Shown: piece by piece, positions 12,001-20,597 of the stretch
Layout of the letters: every line of letters begins with the position of its first letter
Numbering within the stretch: the stretch's first letter is position 1
NCBI GenBank assembly: GCA_964187785.1
Contig: OZ076413.1
Location: 48,548,001 to 48,612,000 of the forward strand
Reading direction: 5' to 3'
From: Amphiscolops sp. MND2022
Taxonomy: Eukaryota
DNA: 64,000 bases
The notes under the pieces: generated by a model
What the model saw: only the letters and a program-made list of their open reading frames with translations
What the model was told of the DNA's origin: nothing
Database searches by the model: none
Position numbers and translations under genes: made by a program

Positions 12001-15000
12001 ACGCGGAAGCCAACGCTAATAAAGTATCTGCGTAACTCTGCGTATAGCCCTGCAAATAATGATTTCACACAAATTATAATTATAAAAGATGTGTGTCACA
12101 ATAAATGGGCCCGATCACTTATCAGATTTAAAAGGTCTTGATGATTCAATTTTTCTTTCAGAGTCCAAATGTTATAGTATATTTCTTCATCCCGAATTGG
12201 TTTGCCATCCCTTGTACTCAGTTCGGTGTAATACAAACCAACTAATTTTATACAAAGTATACAAGGACAATCACCTTTTTGTGTGTGATTATCCCATGAT
12301 AAACTTTGTATTGGATTCAAGTACATACGCTTGTCATCAAAAGGATTCAAAGCTAGCTTATCTTGTTTCTGAACAGTTAGGTTGTGAGCATTACTTCTAA
12401 TAGAATAATTAGTTGCAGTTGTTGTTTCAGAATTAAATAATGAATTTATAAATTGTGAATAAATTGGTGTATGTTGTATTCCTTTTTGTTTTGACTTTTG
12501 TGTTGCTTTCTGAACTGTGCTTCCATAGCTAAAAGAATATGATTTAGATCTCAAAGCTATGAAGATGTCTAATTCAATAATTGGTGATGTTTCTATTTTC
12601 ATTTTACCTATAACTTTCTTGTTAATAGAATTGTACAACTCATGATTTTCATCAAGCTCGCTAAAATCAAAATCATCTTTGAAGTATTCCAAATCATTTA
12701 TAAGGTCTCCAGTTTTAATACTTAGAATGAATGAGTCTGTATCCATGTAATGCAGTTTGACGTCTGTGTTGTAGTATGGCTGCAATTTGTGATAATAAAA
12801 CTCATACATTAACAATTTACTCAGTTCTAAAACACTAAAACCCAAGTAAATTGGTTTATCAAAGGCTGTCTTTTCTTTATCAAACTTGTAAACACTGAAT
12901 TCGGAGTAATGATTTACAATACCTTTAAAGCTTAACTTCGATTGTCTTTTTATTATTTGATCAATATTGGTGTGGGGGATAAACTCTAAATTAGTCCGGT
13001 CTCTAACATTTTCCATAGTCTTGCCAAAGAAAGCGTTGTTCATTAATTTGTAGAGGTCCTTCTCAAAGTTTGTTTTCGCTACCGTGCGTTTTTGTGTGTT
13101 ATGATTAATGTATTTTTCTAACCAAAGTGATTGTTTGAACCGGTAGATTGTGTGAATCTTTGTTACTTTCATCCCCAAATTCGTGTTAAATTTGAACATC
13201 CTGTAGTGCATCATATAATTATATTTGTTTGTTAGGTCACACATAAGTTTTTCGGTTGGTTTGTAGTTGGGTTGTTTTACACTGTTCATGTATTCTGAGA
13301 AAAGATTTGGATCGGCTTTTGTTTGATAAGGACAAAGTGGAAAGTTTTCGGTTTTTTCTTTAATTTCTGCTGGATATTCTAAATCACATTCTATAAAGTA
13401 TCCAAATTCATTGTCATCTGGTGTACTCAAAATGTCTTCTTTAATTTCATTCATCAGTGCAGAATCATAAATCCCGTAACAGCTCCGCGGGTAGCTCTGC
13501 ATCTTTTTAAAGTCTCCAGTAGGAAGGTATTGACTCATTGCCCATCCATACAAGTTATTTGCATAAAATGTACAGTAACTTAGTATTTTCATTTGACTCA
13601 ATGAATCTGGGTCCCATTACACTTGAAATTCCTCCGCGAATATTATTTTCAAGTAGTAATAATAACTGTTTGTCTTTTATGAAATCTAATTTAATTTTAG
13701 TAAGTTTTAAACCAGCTTTCCATGTATAACCAGGTAAAGAGTAACTGTACAAAGGATTGATGCCGTACATAAGAGTGCTTGTTTCAACAAAGTTTTCGAA
13801 CACGTCAGTGAGTTGTAGTACATCCATTTTTAAGTACAATTCGGTTAGTTCTTGTGCTGTTGTAATGTTGTAAGTGTCAATCAATTGTTGGGTTCTTTTT
13901 AAATCATCATCACACGGGTAGGATTGTGTTAATGTTGACCAATAGTCTTCTTTTGCTAGATTTAGTGGTTCATGCAGGTTGTTAAGATCGAATTTTTCGT
14001 ATGGATAAGCTAGTTTTTTCTTAAATAAATCATCAGTTAGGCCTTCACTTTGCATATAAGGAAAATCATTTATTGATGTTATAAGTTTTTGTAGACTACT
14101 ACTCAAAAATCTGTATGAGTCTAAAAACCTTAAACAACCTACTTGCACACTTACATAATTTTCTTTTGACTTTGGTATAATATTTATTGGTAACTTTAGA
14201 TTATAAGCTGATGTTAAGAGTTCTTCAAAAATTAAATGACAATCAAAACCACTGAAATTATGGAAAAATATAGGAACAAACGAACTTGACTTTTTTTCAC
14301 AATTTAAATTACACCTGTTGTGGGCCGCTCCTCGGTACTTGCCTGTAAGGTGATCGTGGTCTCTAACTGTATCCTCACCAAGTGGATTTTCACAAAGCCA
14401 ACACACTTTGGGAAGCTGCGCGGATTGTTGAAATGATTCTTGTGAAGCTGCGTGCGCAGCTTCGCCTTCTTCGATTTCAAGAGGAATATTAGTTTCGAAA
14501 TAAATATTTGCAATTTTTTCTAAAGTCAACATTTCATTTACAAACCATGTTACACACGATTCACCAAAGTATGAGCTGTAATTATTACCAAATGGTGAAA
14601 TTAGATAAAATCCTACTGCAATTGGAATTTGTTTATATAATACTTTGGGGTCACCTTTGGGGATATCTGACTTCAGGTTAATACATTCGAAATCTGCATA
14701 TACTCTTATTGGTACGGGAACTTTCATATGATAATCTTCGAACTTTAAGTGATCCTTCCAACTGAATGTGATATTAGTTGGTTGTTGTTTTTGACAACGG
14801 TCAATGTGTTGATTGAGAATATCCTCAGAACTAAATGCAGTTAGACATCTTCTACACACCCATTTCATGTGTGAATCCTTATTTATTAGACAATGCAATT
14901 TTGTTATTCAACAATAGTGATTTTGATATAATAATAAATCTATTTATGGTTGATCATAGTTTGTGTTGGTATGGATTGGTGTTAAAACTGTTTTTGTGAG

Positions 15001-18000
15001 TTCAAATACATTTACGTTTAAATTATTTAAGTTTTCGAACTTGGGAATATCTTTAATTTTCATGGGGAATTCTAAACCATTCAAAATGAGTTTGTTCGTG
15101 TGTATTGAATAACTTGATGTTCTATTTTTATGATCCTCAACGGGAAAAAGGTGTGCTAGGATGCACCACAAAAAACAAAATTGATCATCATTTTTTATAT
15201 TTATAATTGATTTATTATTCCTATACTTTTCTGGCAACTCAACCCACGAAGAAGCTTGAATATCATTGACTTTATAAATTTCTAATATTACATTGACAAT
15301 ACCATTTAACACAAAACCTGATCCTTCTAATTGTTCATCATCTAATTTCTGCATTAATGTGTTATGCTGTGTGCCGAAGGCAATCTGTGTGTGATTGTAA
15401 TTAAAATCTGATTTAACCCATTTGTGAAATACGTTTTCTTCTCCATTAACTATTTTTGAAAACTTAGCTAAATAACTCAATTGGAACTTGTATCGGGGAA
15501 AGTAATTTTTATTTAGTAAATCATTAATCTGTACTTCAAGATGATTTGTTGGATTTACTCTCAGTTTAATGTATGTTTTTTCATTCACAATTATTTCTAC
15601 GTTAGTTCCAGAATCATGTAGTGTATTACCAAATGTGTTTTTTGTAGTGTTGTTTTGACTTCTTAACGTGTGAATTTCACTTTGGAAATGTCTTGAATTA
15701 CTTATATATTTACCACAATCTTCACACCAAATTTGTGTAGCTTCGCGTTGTTGTTTGGTTTTGTTTTTATGTTCATCTGAATTTAGATGATTAGACTTGT
15801 CAGACAATGGCATAAATGTATTACATTTTTTACAATAATATTGATTTAATTTTCGTAAATGTTTTATTGATTTTAGATGATCAGACTTGTAAGCTTTTTT
15901 ATAATCAGAATTGCAAATACTGCAGTTCTCCATTTATTTATAATAAATTTATGAATTTAGTAGCAGTATATTTTTCAATAGTATATTTTTCAATTATTAG
16001 TGTTAATTTTTATTTTATTTTTTATGTTAAAATTGAATAAATTAATTATAAAAAATTGTGGTTTAAGTGGTATTGTTGGTGGTGTGTGTGAAGCTGTGTT
16101 AGCTGTCGCGTGCAAAGCTGCGTTAGCTGTCGCGTGTGAAGCTACTTGTGATTTTGTATGCGAAGCTGTGCGCGAAGCTGCGCGTGATTTTGTGTGTGAA
16201 GCTTCGTGTGAAGCTACCTGATAATTTTCAAATTGAGTCACAAATCGGTGATATTCTTTTTCATCTGTATGATTATCTTTTAGACTAGTGACATAAATTT
16301 GTCTAAAGTCGTCAAGAGTCTTCTGAATAATAGTGTACTTAAGTTTATAATTTTGCTCCTTTTTCTTCAAATAACTGGAACAAATCTTAACAAGGATACC
16401 AGTTGTACAACCAACTCCTGCAGCGATTGGAACAACTATAATACCCACACCAGTAATACTTAGTGAGATTGATGCTGAACTTGTTCCAATCACTATAATA
16501 CCATCGAGGGAGTTAATTAGGTTATTTATTAGTTTGTATTTGTTGTATTTCTGTTTGTATTTCTTTTCTTCCATTTCATAATATTTCATCATTGGACTAA
16601 TGTTTCGAATAGAATTATTGAAACTATTTACTTTTTGTAATTCACTTTGCAACGCGCTCTGCAATCGCTTATTTATCATTGATTCTACATCATATGGTGC
16701 GGGGGGAGAAGCCGTTGGGGTCAGGGAGGGATAGAGTTTTTGTTCCATTTATTAATCATATAAAATGAAATTTATTCCCGTTGGTGTTAATTTCATTCTG
16801 TGTTTCATATCAACAAGGTCTTTATAGGAATCTTTTTTCAATGACTCCAGAATTGATTGTCAGGTAGAATATTCTAAATCAGACAGATAATATTCACCAT
16901 CTGAAGTAGGTATTGTTTTTCCATACTTTTCCTTTAAATAGGATTCACTAAAAGTTAGATAATTTGCAAAAAGCTTGATCTTTATTGGGAAAGGAATCGA
17001 ACAAACCTTTGTCATAAAGCAGTTGAATTATGTTGTTAGTTATAGTAATTTTATTTTGATCTAGGCTATTAAAAATTTTATTAATTTCATTTTCATTTAA
17101 AATCATTCCAGCTTGACCCACTGAACTCAGAAATTTTAAGTTACGGACTGTTAACATTTCAAAACTATTGTTGTGTATTAAATTTAGTACCTCATTTACT
17201 AAAGCAGTTCTTTGTTCGGCGAAAGATTTTTTCATATTTTGTTCTAATTTATTTATGGTTTTTGAAAGGTCTGAAAACTGGGAATAAATATCATTCATTA
17301 ACTTTGTGTTTAATAAAACATCTTGAATTTCCTGTGGGTCTAGTGTTTGATGCAGCTTCGCGGGAGCTATCGCGGAAGCTATCGCGTCTAGCATTTTTTC
17401 TTCTATTAATTTCTCTTGATTTTCTATGTCATTTTCAAAATCGCGTTGCAAATCTTCTTTAATTTGGAATGGGTTATTTGGGCTAATTTTTCTTGACTTT
17501 TTATCATATCTTTTAGCTCCTGATATTCCCTCAGTTTTAGCTGTTCACTAGAATAACCAAACTTATGAAGAGACGGAGTTTCATACATTTATTAAGATGA
17601 AAAAGTTGAAAAATACAAAACCCATAGGCATGCCATTGTTATTTGTATTGACATGCCTATGGTAAACTCAAAGCCGTGAAGCTGCGCCATCGGGAGTCCG
17701 TTCCACTAAGAGTTTCCACCATAGAGGTTAGTGAATTTTTGCTTCATGGTAAAAACACTATTTTTGATGATTTGTTTTCTAAAAAGTCCTTAAAATCAAT
17801 GGTTTTGCAGGGCTTCGCGAGGACTTTTATAATTTTTGGGGTTTTTGTAGTCCGAATTGGAAAACCCCTGATTTTAATGATCTGTTTTCTAAAAAGTCCT
17901 TAAAATCAATGGTTTTGAGTACTTTTAATTTTTGGGGTTTTTGTGGCCCGTATCGGGATTTCCTATACTACTAAGGGGACCTCTTTGGTCTCATTTGGTT

Positions 18001-20597
18001 TTTCAATTCAGGTAGGATTGAGAAAGTTTTTGTGGGAACCCTTTGAACGCTTCATGATAAACCGAAGTTGCTCAAGTGTCGAAGTAACGAATGTGGTTTT
18101 ACAAAAAAAATCTACATCATTCAAGAAAATCCACTATAATAGATGGTCAATATTTGATTTAGCGCCGACTTAAAATTAAAAAGAAAGTTGATTATGACCT
18201 GTGCGTTTAGATGGGGTGCGACAAGTGCTGTTTGGGGGGAAGTGGGAGGAAAGCCAACCGAGCATTTCTCTGAAGATGCCCATCTCCTCCACAGAGTAGA
18301 ACAACCTCAGCTGCCGGTCATCTTCTTTCACTACATGCACTGAACTCTCTGCAGGTGCATTCTTCACACTGCCTGTATCCGCTTCCTTCAACACACAAAA
18401 GTAATCAACTTTCCCGAAAAAAAATTCGCTATGATACGGCAGAGGACATGTGAATTGGGGAAATTTTGGAGCAAGCAGTGTTCTCATTGACACTAGGAAA
18501 GCTTCTAAACATCATATATATTTTTTTAAAAATCAGTATACCGTATACTGATTTTTAAAAAAATATATATGATAGATACAGTTGATCATAAATATATATG
18601 ATTGTTGATATACAGACAGTTGATATATATGACAGTAGATATATGACAGTTGATATAAATATATATGATTATACAGTTGAGTATAATGTCTGGTCTGGAC
18701 GGTATCCGGCTCAATTTTGTCCTGCCCAGTTTTCCGATCGGACAAATTTTCCTGTCCGGTGGACGTCTGATGGCTAGTTATTTCAGCTTGAGTTGGAATG
18801 ATGAATTTTTTGTCACAAAAAATTCATCATTCCAACTCAAGCTGAAATAACTAGCCATCAGACGTCCACCGGACAGGAAAATTTGTCCGATCGGAAAACT
18901 GGGCAGGACAAAATTGAGCCGGATACCGTCCAGACCAGACATTATACTCAACTGTAAGCGATGAAAGACTGTTTTCAGAATTGGACAATGAGTATGACGA
19001 AAAGCGAAGTAAACGTTTGCTCCAAAAAGGTGGGAAATTTTATTCTATTTTTTCTTCAACATAAAAATGCCAGAAAATTTTGACTGCTGTCGAGAAATGA
19101 ATGTTCAAAAATGGCAATCAACTGCTCGAGTGTCGAATTCCAGGTTTTCGGACAGGACATTTTTTCGAAATCTGGCCAGATACCAGACCGGAATAATAAT
19201 GTCCGGTACACCTCTAACTAGGACCGGACCGGACATTTTTCCGAGATCCGGCCGGATATCGGACCGGACTAATGGTAACGAAACCTCTACTAGACATGAT
19301 AGGAATATTAACATTAGTCAGGGGAGAGGTGTTATCATCGAGTTCCAAGTCTACACAAACTTCATCATCGAGGAATTCAGTGAGTTCTTCTTGATCACCT
19401 GCTTGTGTCGCACTCTTCTCACTCCCACATTCAACGTCATCCCCATTTTTGGGACTCAGATAACCTAAAGGCAGTCATGTTCGTTATACGATTCAACTGA
19501 ACTCATTTTTAGAAACTCCTCAAAAACTTCGACCAAAAGCTAATATTTTTCAGAATTTTTCAACTTTTGGAAAGACCATTCAAGGATACAAAATTGTATA
19601 ATGATTGTGGAACAAAAACCTAATCATCAATTAGAAACTATGTGAATCGGAATTCAATGAAATTGCGCCCCCAAGTGATTTCGAGGATTAAGCAGCATCT
19701 CATTGGGAGAAAATATGCGTGGACAAAATGAGTCAAACTCGTTTGATATTTGGAGCCCTCAACGAAATTGCTGACACTATTTTTTTCTAGCTTTTTATGT
19801 GGCAATGAAAGAATTTTTCCAGGGGACAGTGCACATCGGTATACTCAGTACTTGTCGTCAAGAAAGCGGCACAGGGTCAAGAAAGAAACTGAAAAAAAAC
19901 TTCACTAAAACATCTTTTGAAGGGGTTCGGTCTAGGATGTGCTGCAAGCTGCACCCCTCCTGTGGTGAAAAGCAACATACGTACCTTCAACGTCAACAGA
20001 ACCCACAGCTTCGTTCAACGTTTCCTCTCCTTTCTCAGCCCCAGCTTCTTGATTTTTTCGTTTCCGAGTTGCTTTCTTCTTAATTCGCTGCTTCAGCCGC
20101 TTAGCTCGCACTAGATAATGCTCAAACTCATACAGTAGATAAAAATGCTTCGAGTGTGTGTTGTACATGAACTCTCGCAAAGTCACAAACTTTTCTTTTT
20201 CGTTACTATAGGTTACATTGACATACTCTTTACACTTAGACTCGTACATATCCCAAATTGTTTCAGACCAGTGTTTGAACGCTTCCACTTTCTCGTCTTG
20301 CAGTTTTTGACAATAGAAGTTCACCTGCTTCTCAAGAATCTGTCGTAATATGTGAAAAGTTCCAACAGGCTCGATACTCTTCTCGCTTTCCATTCGACTC
20401 TGAGTGCCCATGACTCCCATTTCCAGCATCCCATGAACTTCCTTGTGTTGAGCCAGACCAACCGATGACGTCACGGCAAAGAACGTCTCCATCTCCTCTT
20501 CCACAATGTCCTGAGACTGAAGGTTGCATGACACACAGAAATAGAGACCATCTGTGAGATAGAAGTCGGAGCCTCCACATTCCTCGCAACTTGGCAT
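1..20597 (-). CDS. TAF1B: TAF1B/RRN7-like RNA polymerase I initiation factor subunit, multi-exon, 3' end runs off the window
   Basis: First coding exon 20597-19985 begins with the RRN7-type zinc ribbon CEECGGSDFYLTDGLYFCVSC. Further minus-strand exons with GT/AG context lie at about 19464-19313, 18492-18199, 2060-1778 (LACLSTLYLAATL...LFICNMVKDIVHNKLLFLDFTHALP, resembling the TAF1B cyclin fold), 1566-1403 (CEKALELLNLP), 1021-433 and 88-1. Boundaries approximate; linking the downstream exons to the zinc ribbon is inference. Confidence 0.7.
2340..2900. repeat. Degenerate repeat with two ~175-bp direct units
   Basis: ATTTTGGCT...ATCCCAGTCAT..ATTTTGATG.CATTGCACAC occurs near 2427-2478 and again near 2585-2635. 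Confidence 0.5.
2981..3342 (+). repeat. Left terminal inverted repeat (362 bp)
   Basis: Reverse complement of 17609-17972; by eye it differs by 2 substitutions and one 2-bp indel. Confidence 0.95.
3418..3835 (+). pseudogene. Adenain-like (clan CE) cysteine maturation protease, frameshifted near 3550
   Basis: ATG at 3418 reads MAQLRNYLSFKDFVEKY...GIYMR; after a frameshift it reads DKFNTTSGIVNLHPTKGTHWVMF..YFDSYGCPPP..QIQTNDSYCAAYCL, giving the H/D/Q/C catalytic arrangement. Confidence 0.88.
3832..4056 (+). CDS. Small hypothetical Polinton protein (74 aa)
   Basis: Starts at ATAAATG like the other element genes and fills the gap between the protease and penton genes; no recognisable motif. Confidence 0.5.
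   Translation: MKKINNYSTQYKIISRSFATANTQNFTRSSAEQLHNHNQNHGKNTTNLHRKTLSKDRQEFINTISASGFKQFNL
4060..5136 (+). CDS. Minor capsid protein (penton, single jelly-roll); C-terminus extended by an insertion
   Basis: FDVPLTLNEKWMMGVTSLEVYNTVYNITEKNN...VHLKCDCVDGSIVNG...PPGYKIIKEP...DFNGETLTFTIQI matches the Polinton minor-capsid pattern. The native stop is displaced to 5550-5552. Confidence 0.82.
   Translation: MDLSSFITYDKKESLLLSIAKSNQEIVENTHSKPQETLEFKMTKQKESFSFDVPLTLNEKWMMGVTSLEVYNTVYNITEKNNKLEILLTKQQLEEHRVDTEIVPKIKDLYETSDDKFIEKTNTLITNSYTKKKKKLTRKDFNQLKELIEVFNYPDQQIHIPDFEIEHDSFGIQLTPAAYELVDINASVKQIINESDYDFKFNIIPDTISMKSVLTTSNPIHFNSELNKVLGFTQRDYPSGTHTSEKPVMITITDKVHLKCDCVDGSIVNGIREQILFSFNLSAPPGYKIIKEPTTVLYNLINKTRLDTIQFFLEDSNHDSVDFNGETLTFTIQIIKIGPSGAQYYFCFNLYFFKTKNH
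5067..5545 (-). mobile_element. Helentron-associated non-autonomous element (HINE/DINE-1-like) inserted in the Polinton
   Basis: 13-bp subterminal inverted repeats TATTTCTGCTTTA (5092-5104) and TAAAGCAGAAATA (5528-5540); terminal hairpin GCCCC-TCC-GGGGC (5072-5084); A/T-run insertion site without a TSD; homologous to host sequence at about 63190-63430. Confidence 0.8.
5568..5982 (+). pseudogene. Putative virion core/membrane-active precursor: Cys-rich N-terminus, GEG motif, amphipathic helix; 1-nt frameshift after codon 2
   Basis: ATAAATG at 5564-5570, then ATG AGT [T] AAT AAA; corrected reading NKFKNNSYCVGGKH...GNCVVCNRNKSLIVS..DGEGLGDFFKHLGKMGGKNVGKKI. Confidence 0.6.
6051..7115 (+). pseudogene. 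Conserved Polinton hypothetical protein (~355 aa) split by two frameshifts (near 6085 and 6265)
   Basis: ATAAATG start; reading is continuous across ORFs 6073-6306 and 6546-7115 after correction; the C-terminal GSG...FLPSDPDELVDQLKLL..K.GGN...NEQIIAIIDKL motif is one I recognise from Polinton ORFs. Confidence 0.65.
7104..8147 (-). pseudogene. A32/FtsK-like packaging ATPase 1 with N-terminal Cys/His zinc-finger region; premature TAA at codon 11
   Basis: Walker A GPSFCGKT, Walker B CVVFDD, FTRGRH arginine finger, QSYF, RNN. ATG at 8147 (ATAAATG) is in frame with the listed ORF but has a TAA at 8117-8115. Confidence 0.9.
8155..8425. repeat. Intergenic array of short TCACTAAG/TCTCTAAG motifs in both orientations
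   Basis: Many copies of AATCACTAA(G) and CTCTAAG, with inverted TTAGTGA copies concentrated at about 8290-8360. Confidence 0.8.
8516..9721 (-). CDS. Second A32/FtsK-like ATPase with an N-terminal transmembrane helix (intact, 401 aa)
   Basis: Walker A GSSGSGKT, Walker B IVVLDD, FRYGRH, VREN; hydrophobic segment MFIVCLIIFIGFIVVIYW at about aa 54-71. Confidence 0.85.
   Translation of the reverse strand: MNNDYCLQSYRNNYQGEGDGAGGGAKAGTIATTKAITPNWFQKTRIYKVITNPMFIVCLIIFIGFIVVIYWNYIRPRQFKTIYKKLLQFAGFKYSHLTNQEREQEIKESHEATREAEVHGNSHFIIYGSSGSGKTSFLKHYLAQVQRTYVVFGRDEREFPSQNFVPLLQLEKVSIESPTNKIVVLDDAGAYKSLKTKVENLFRYGRHMGIQVIYLAHYAKDVLPIVRENCHKIFLTINNPDNFFESIVQTYALASAIKDGFNWKYYRDLLEYGIIEFDTRSQKYKVLNNKYKLIYDSSKRSKWGPEQLVAYESYFFTGDEYNRLKIFLEEMSDQTIEITPLNIAYYYVAYCKQNNIRVNESKIDNYVERMQKPLISDSVKEDFKNLIYDQAKSFTKNKLIN
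9745..10623 (+). CDS. Retroviral-like (rve, DDE) integrase of Polinton type
   Basis: WSIDLID, WSDRGKEF and VERFN catalytic motifs; C-terminal FQVGDFVRV...KGYTTNW..ELF...YYEQEL region typical of Polinton integrases. Confidence 0.95.
   Translation: MNQNKKKIVKEIFSPVIKKFQRIQIQTHYKDECWSIDLIDRSSLSKYNKNYKFIFTIIDNHTKYAWANPLKDKSGKSTTTAIKSLIEKEKRKPHKIWSDRGKEFYNTTFLHYSKEQNIQIYSTNSDLKAVFVERFNGTLLDLIKEPMYIEGKGNWLNHLDAALQKYNNRVHTTTKMTPFEANKKPIDPPTFVNKPKQLRDSYRSFAKFQVGDFVRVPDKRNIYSKGYTTNWNRELFKIHSINKTNPVTYTLNDENGEIIQGKYYEQELLRSIFNFDSNNKTLESMNIFHKFE
10684..11902 (+). CDS. Major capsid protein (double jelly-roll); 5' end appears damaged
   Basis: About 400 aa of beta-rich sequence (LFSEAKL, IKLKDLFGF, IGWYIPHYVP, PTFVIVGFQ, YP, YDQAY, FYVFDLSKQ, IRLEFKF) resembling Polinton MCPs. 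The frame is open from 10697 with no upstream in-frame ATG; a frameshift near 10707 is likely. Confidence 0.82.
12096..15933 (-). pseudogene. Protein-primed family B DNA polymerase (pPolB) with N-terminal zinc fingers and an endonuclease-VII-like insert; disrupted
   Basis: Exonuclease motifs YADFE, FHNFSGFD, FLDS; insert CWLC..VRDHDHLTGKYRGAAHNRCN; polymerase motifs NNLYGWAM, KLMNNAFFGK, YMDTDS. In-frame stops at 14946-14944 and 14910-14908; frameshift near 13565 removes the motif-A Asp. Confidence 0.95.
15990..16748 (-). CDS. Putative membrane protein with hydrophobic hairpin, Pro-rich N-terminus and 12-bp-repeat-derived C-terminus
   Basis: ATAAATG start; GIIVIGTSSASISLSITGVGIIVVPIAAGVGCTTGILV flanked by Lys-rich helices; ASHT/ASHE repeats at 16080-16220. 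Confidence 0.7.
   Translation of the reverse strand: MEQKLYPSLTPTASPPAPYDVESMINKRLQSALQSELQKVNSFNNSIRNISPMMKYYEMEEKKYKQKYNKYKLINNLINSLDGIIVIGTSSASISLSITGVGIIVVPIAAGVGCTTGILVKICSSYLKKKEQNYKLKYTIIQKTLDDFRQIYVTSLKDNHTDEKEYHRFVTQFENYQVASHEASHTKSRAASRTASHTKSQVASHATANAALHATANTASHTPPTIPLKPQFFIINLFNFNIKNKIKINTNN
16752..17588 (-). pseudogene. Hypothetical Polinton protein (~275 aa), several frameshifts
   Basis: ATAAATG at 17588 (MYETPSLHKFGYS...); shifts into ORF 16948-17451 and then to ...KLTPTGINFILYD* ending directly before the next ATAAATG. Confidence 0.55.
17609..17972 (-). repeat. Right terminal inverted repeat (364 bp)
   Basis: Reverse complement of 2981-3342; ends ACTACT followed by TSD AAGGGG. 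Confidence 0.95.
18674..18954. mobile_element. Fold-back Tc1/mariner-type MITE forming a perfect palindrome
   Basis: TA|CAGTTGAGTATAATG...CATTATACTCAACTG|TA; 142-bp arms (including TA) around a single C at 18814. Confidence 0.8.

Larger units (their letters stand above)
2981..17972. mobile_element. Complete Polinton/Maverick (adintovirus-like) endogenous element, ~15.0 kb
   Basis: Termini AGTAGT...ACTACT; long TIRs; 6-bp TSD AAGGGG at 2975-2980 and 17973-17978; encodes pPolB, rve integrase, A32 ATPases, adenain protease, major and minor capsid proteins; intronless and AT-rich. Confidence 0.97.

Noticed and set aside
11950..12400. ORFs 11950-12141 and 12089-12400
   Set aside because: Largely antisense to the pPolB 3' end or made of AT-rich and palindrome sequence; no ATAAATG start and no motifs.
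13555..14946. Programmed frameshift/readthrough or alternative genetic code in pPolB
   Set aside because: The lesions include both TAA and TGA, remove the catalytic motif-A Asp, and similar lesions affect many genes; decay is the simpler explanation.
2981..17972. Contaminant virus contig misjoined into the assembly
   Set aside because: The perfect 6-bp TSD, the rejoinable host repeat at the empty site and a host transposon inside the element all indicate true integration.
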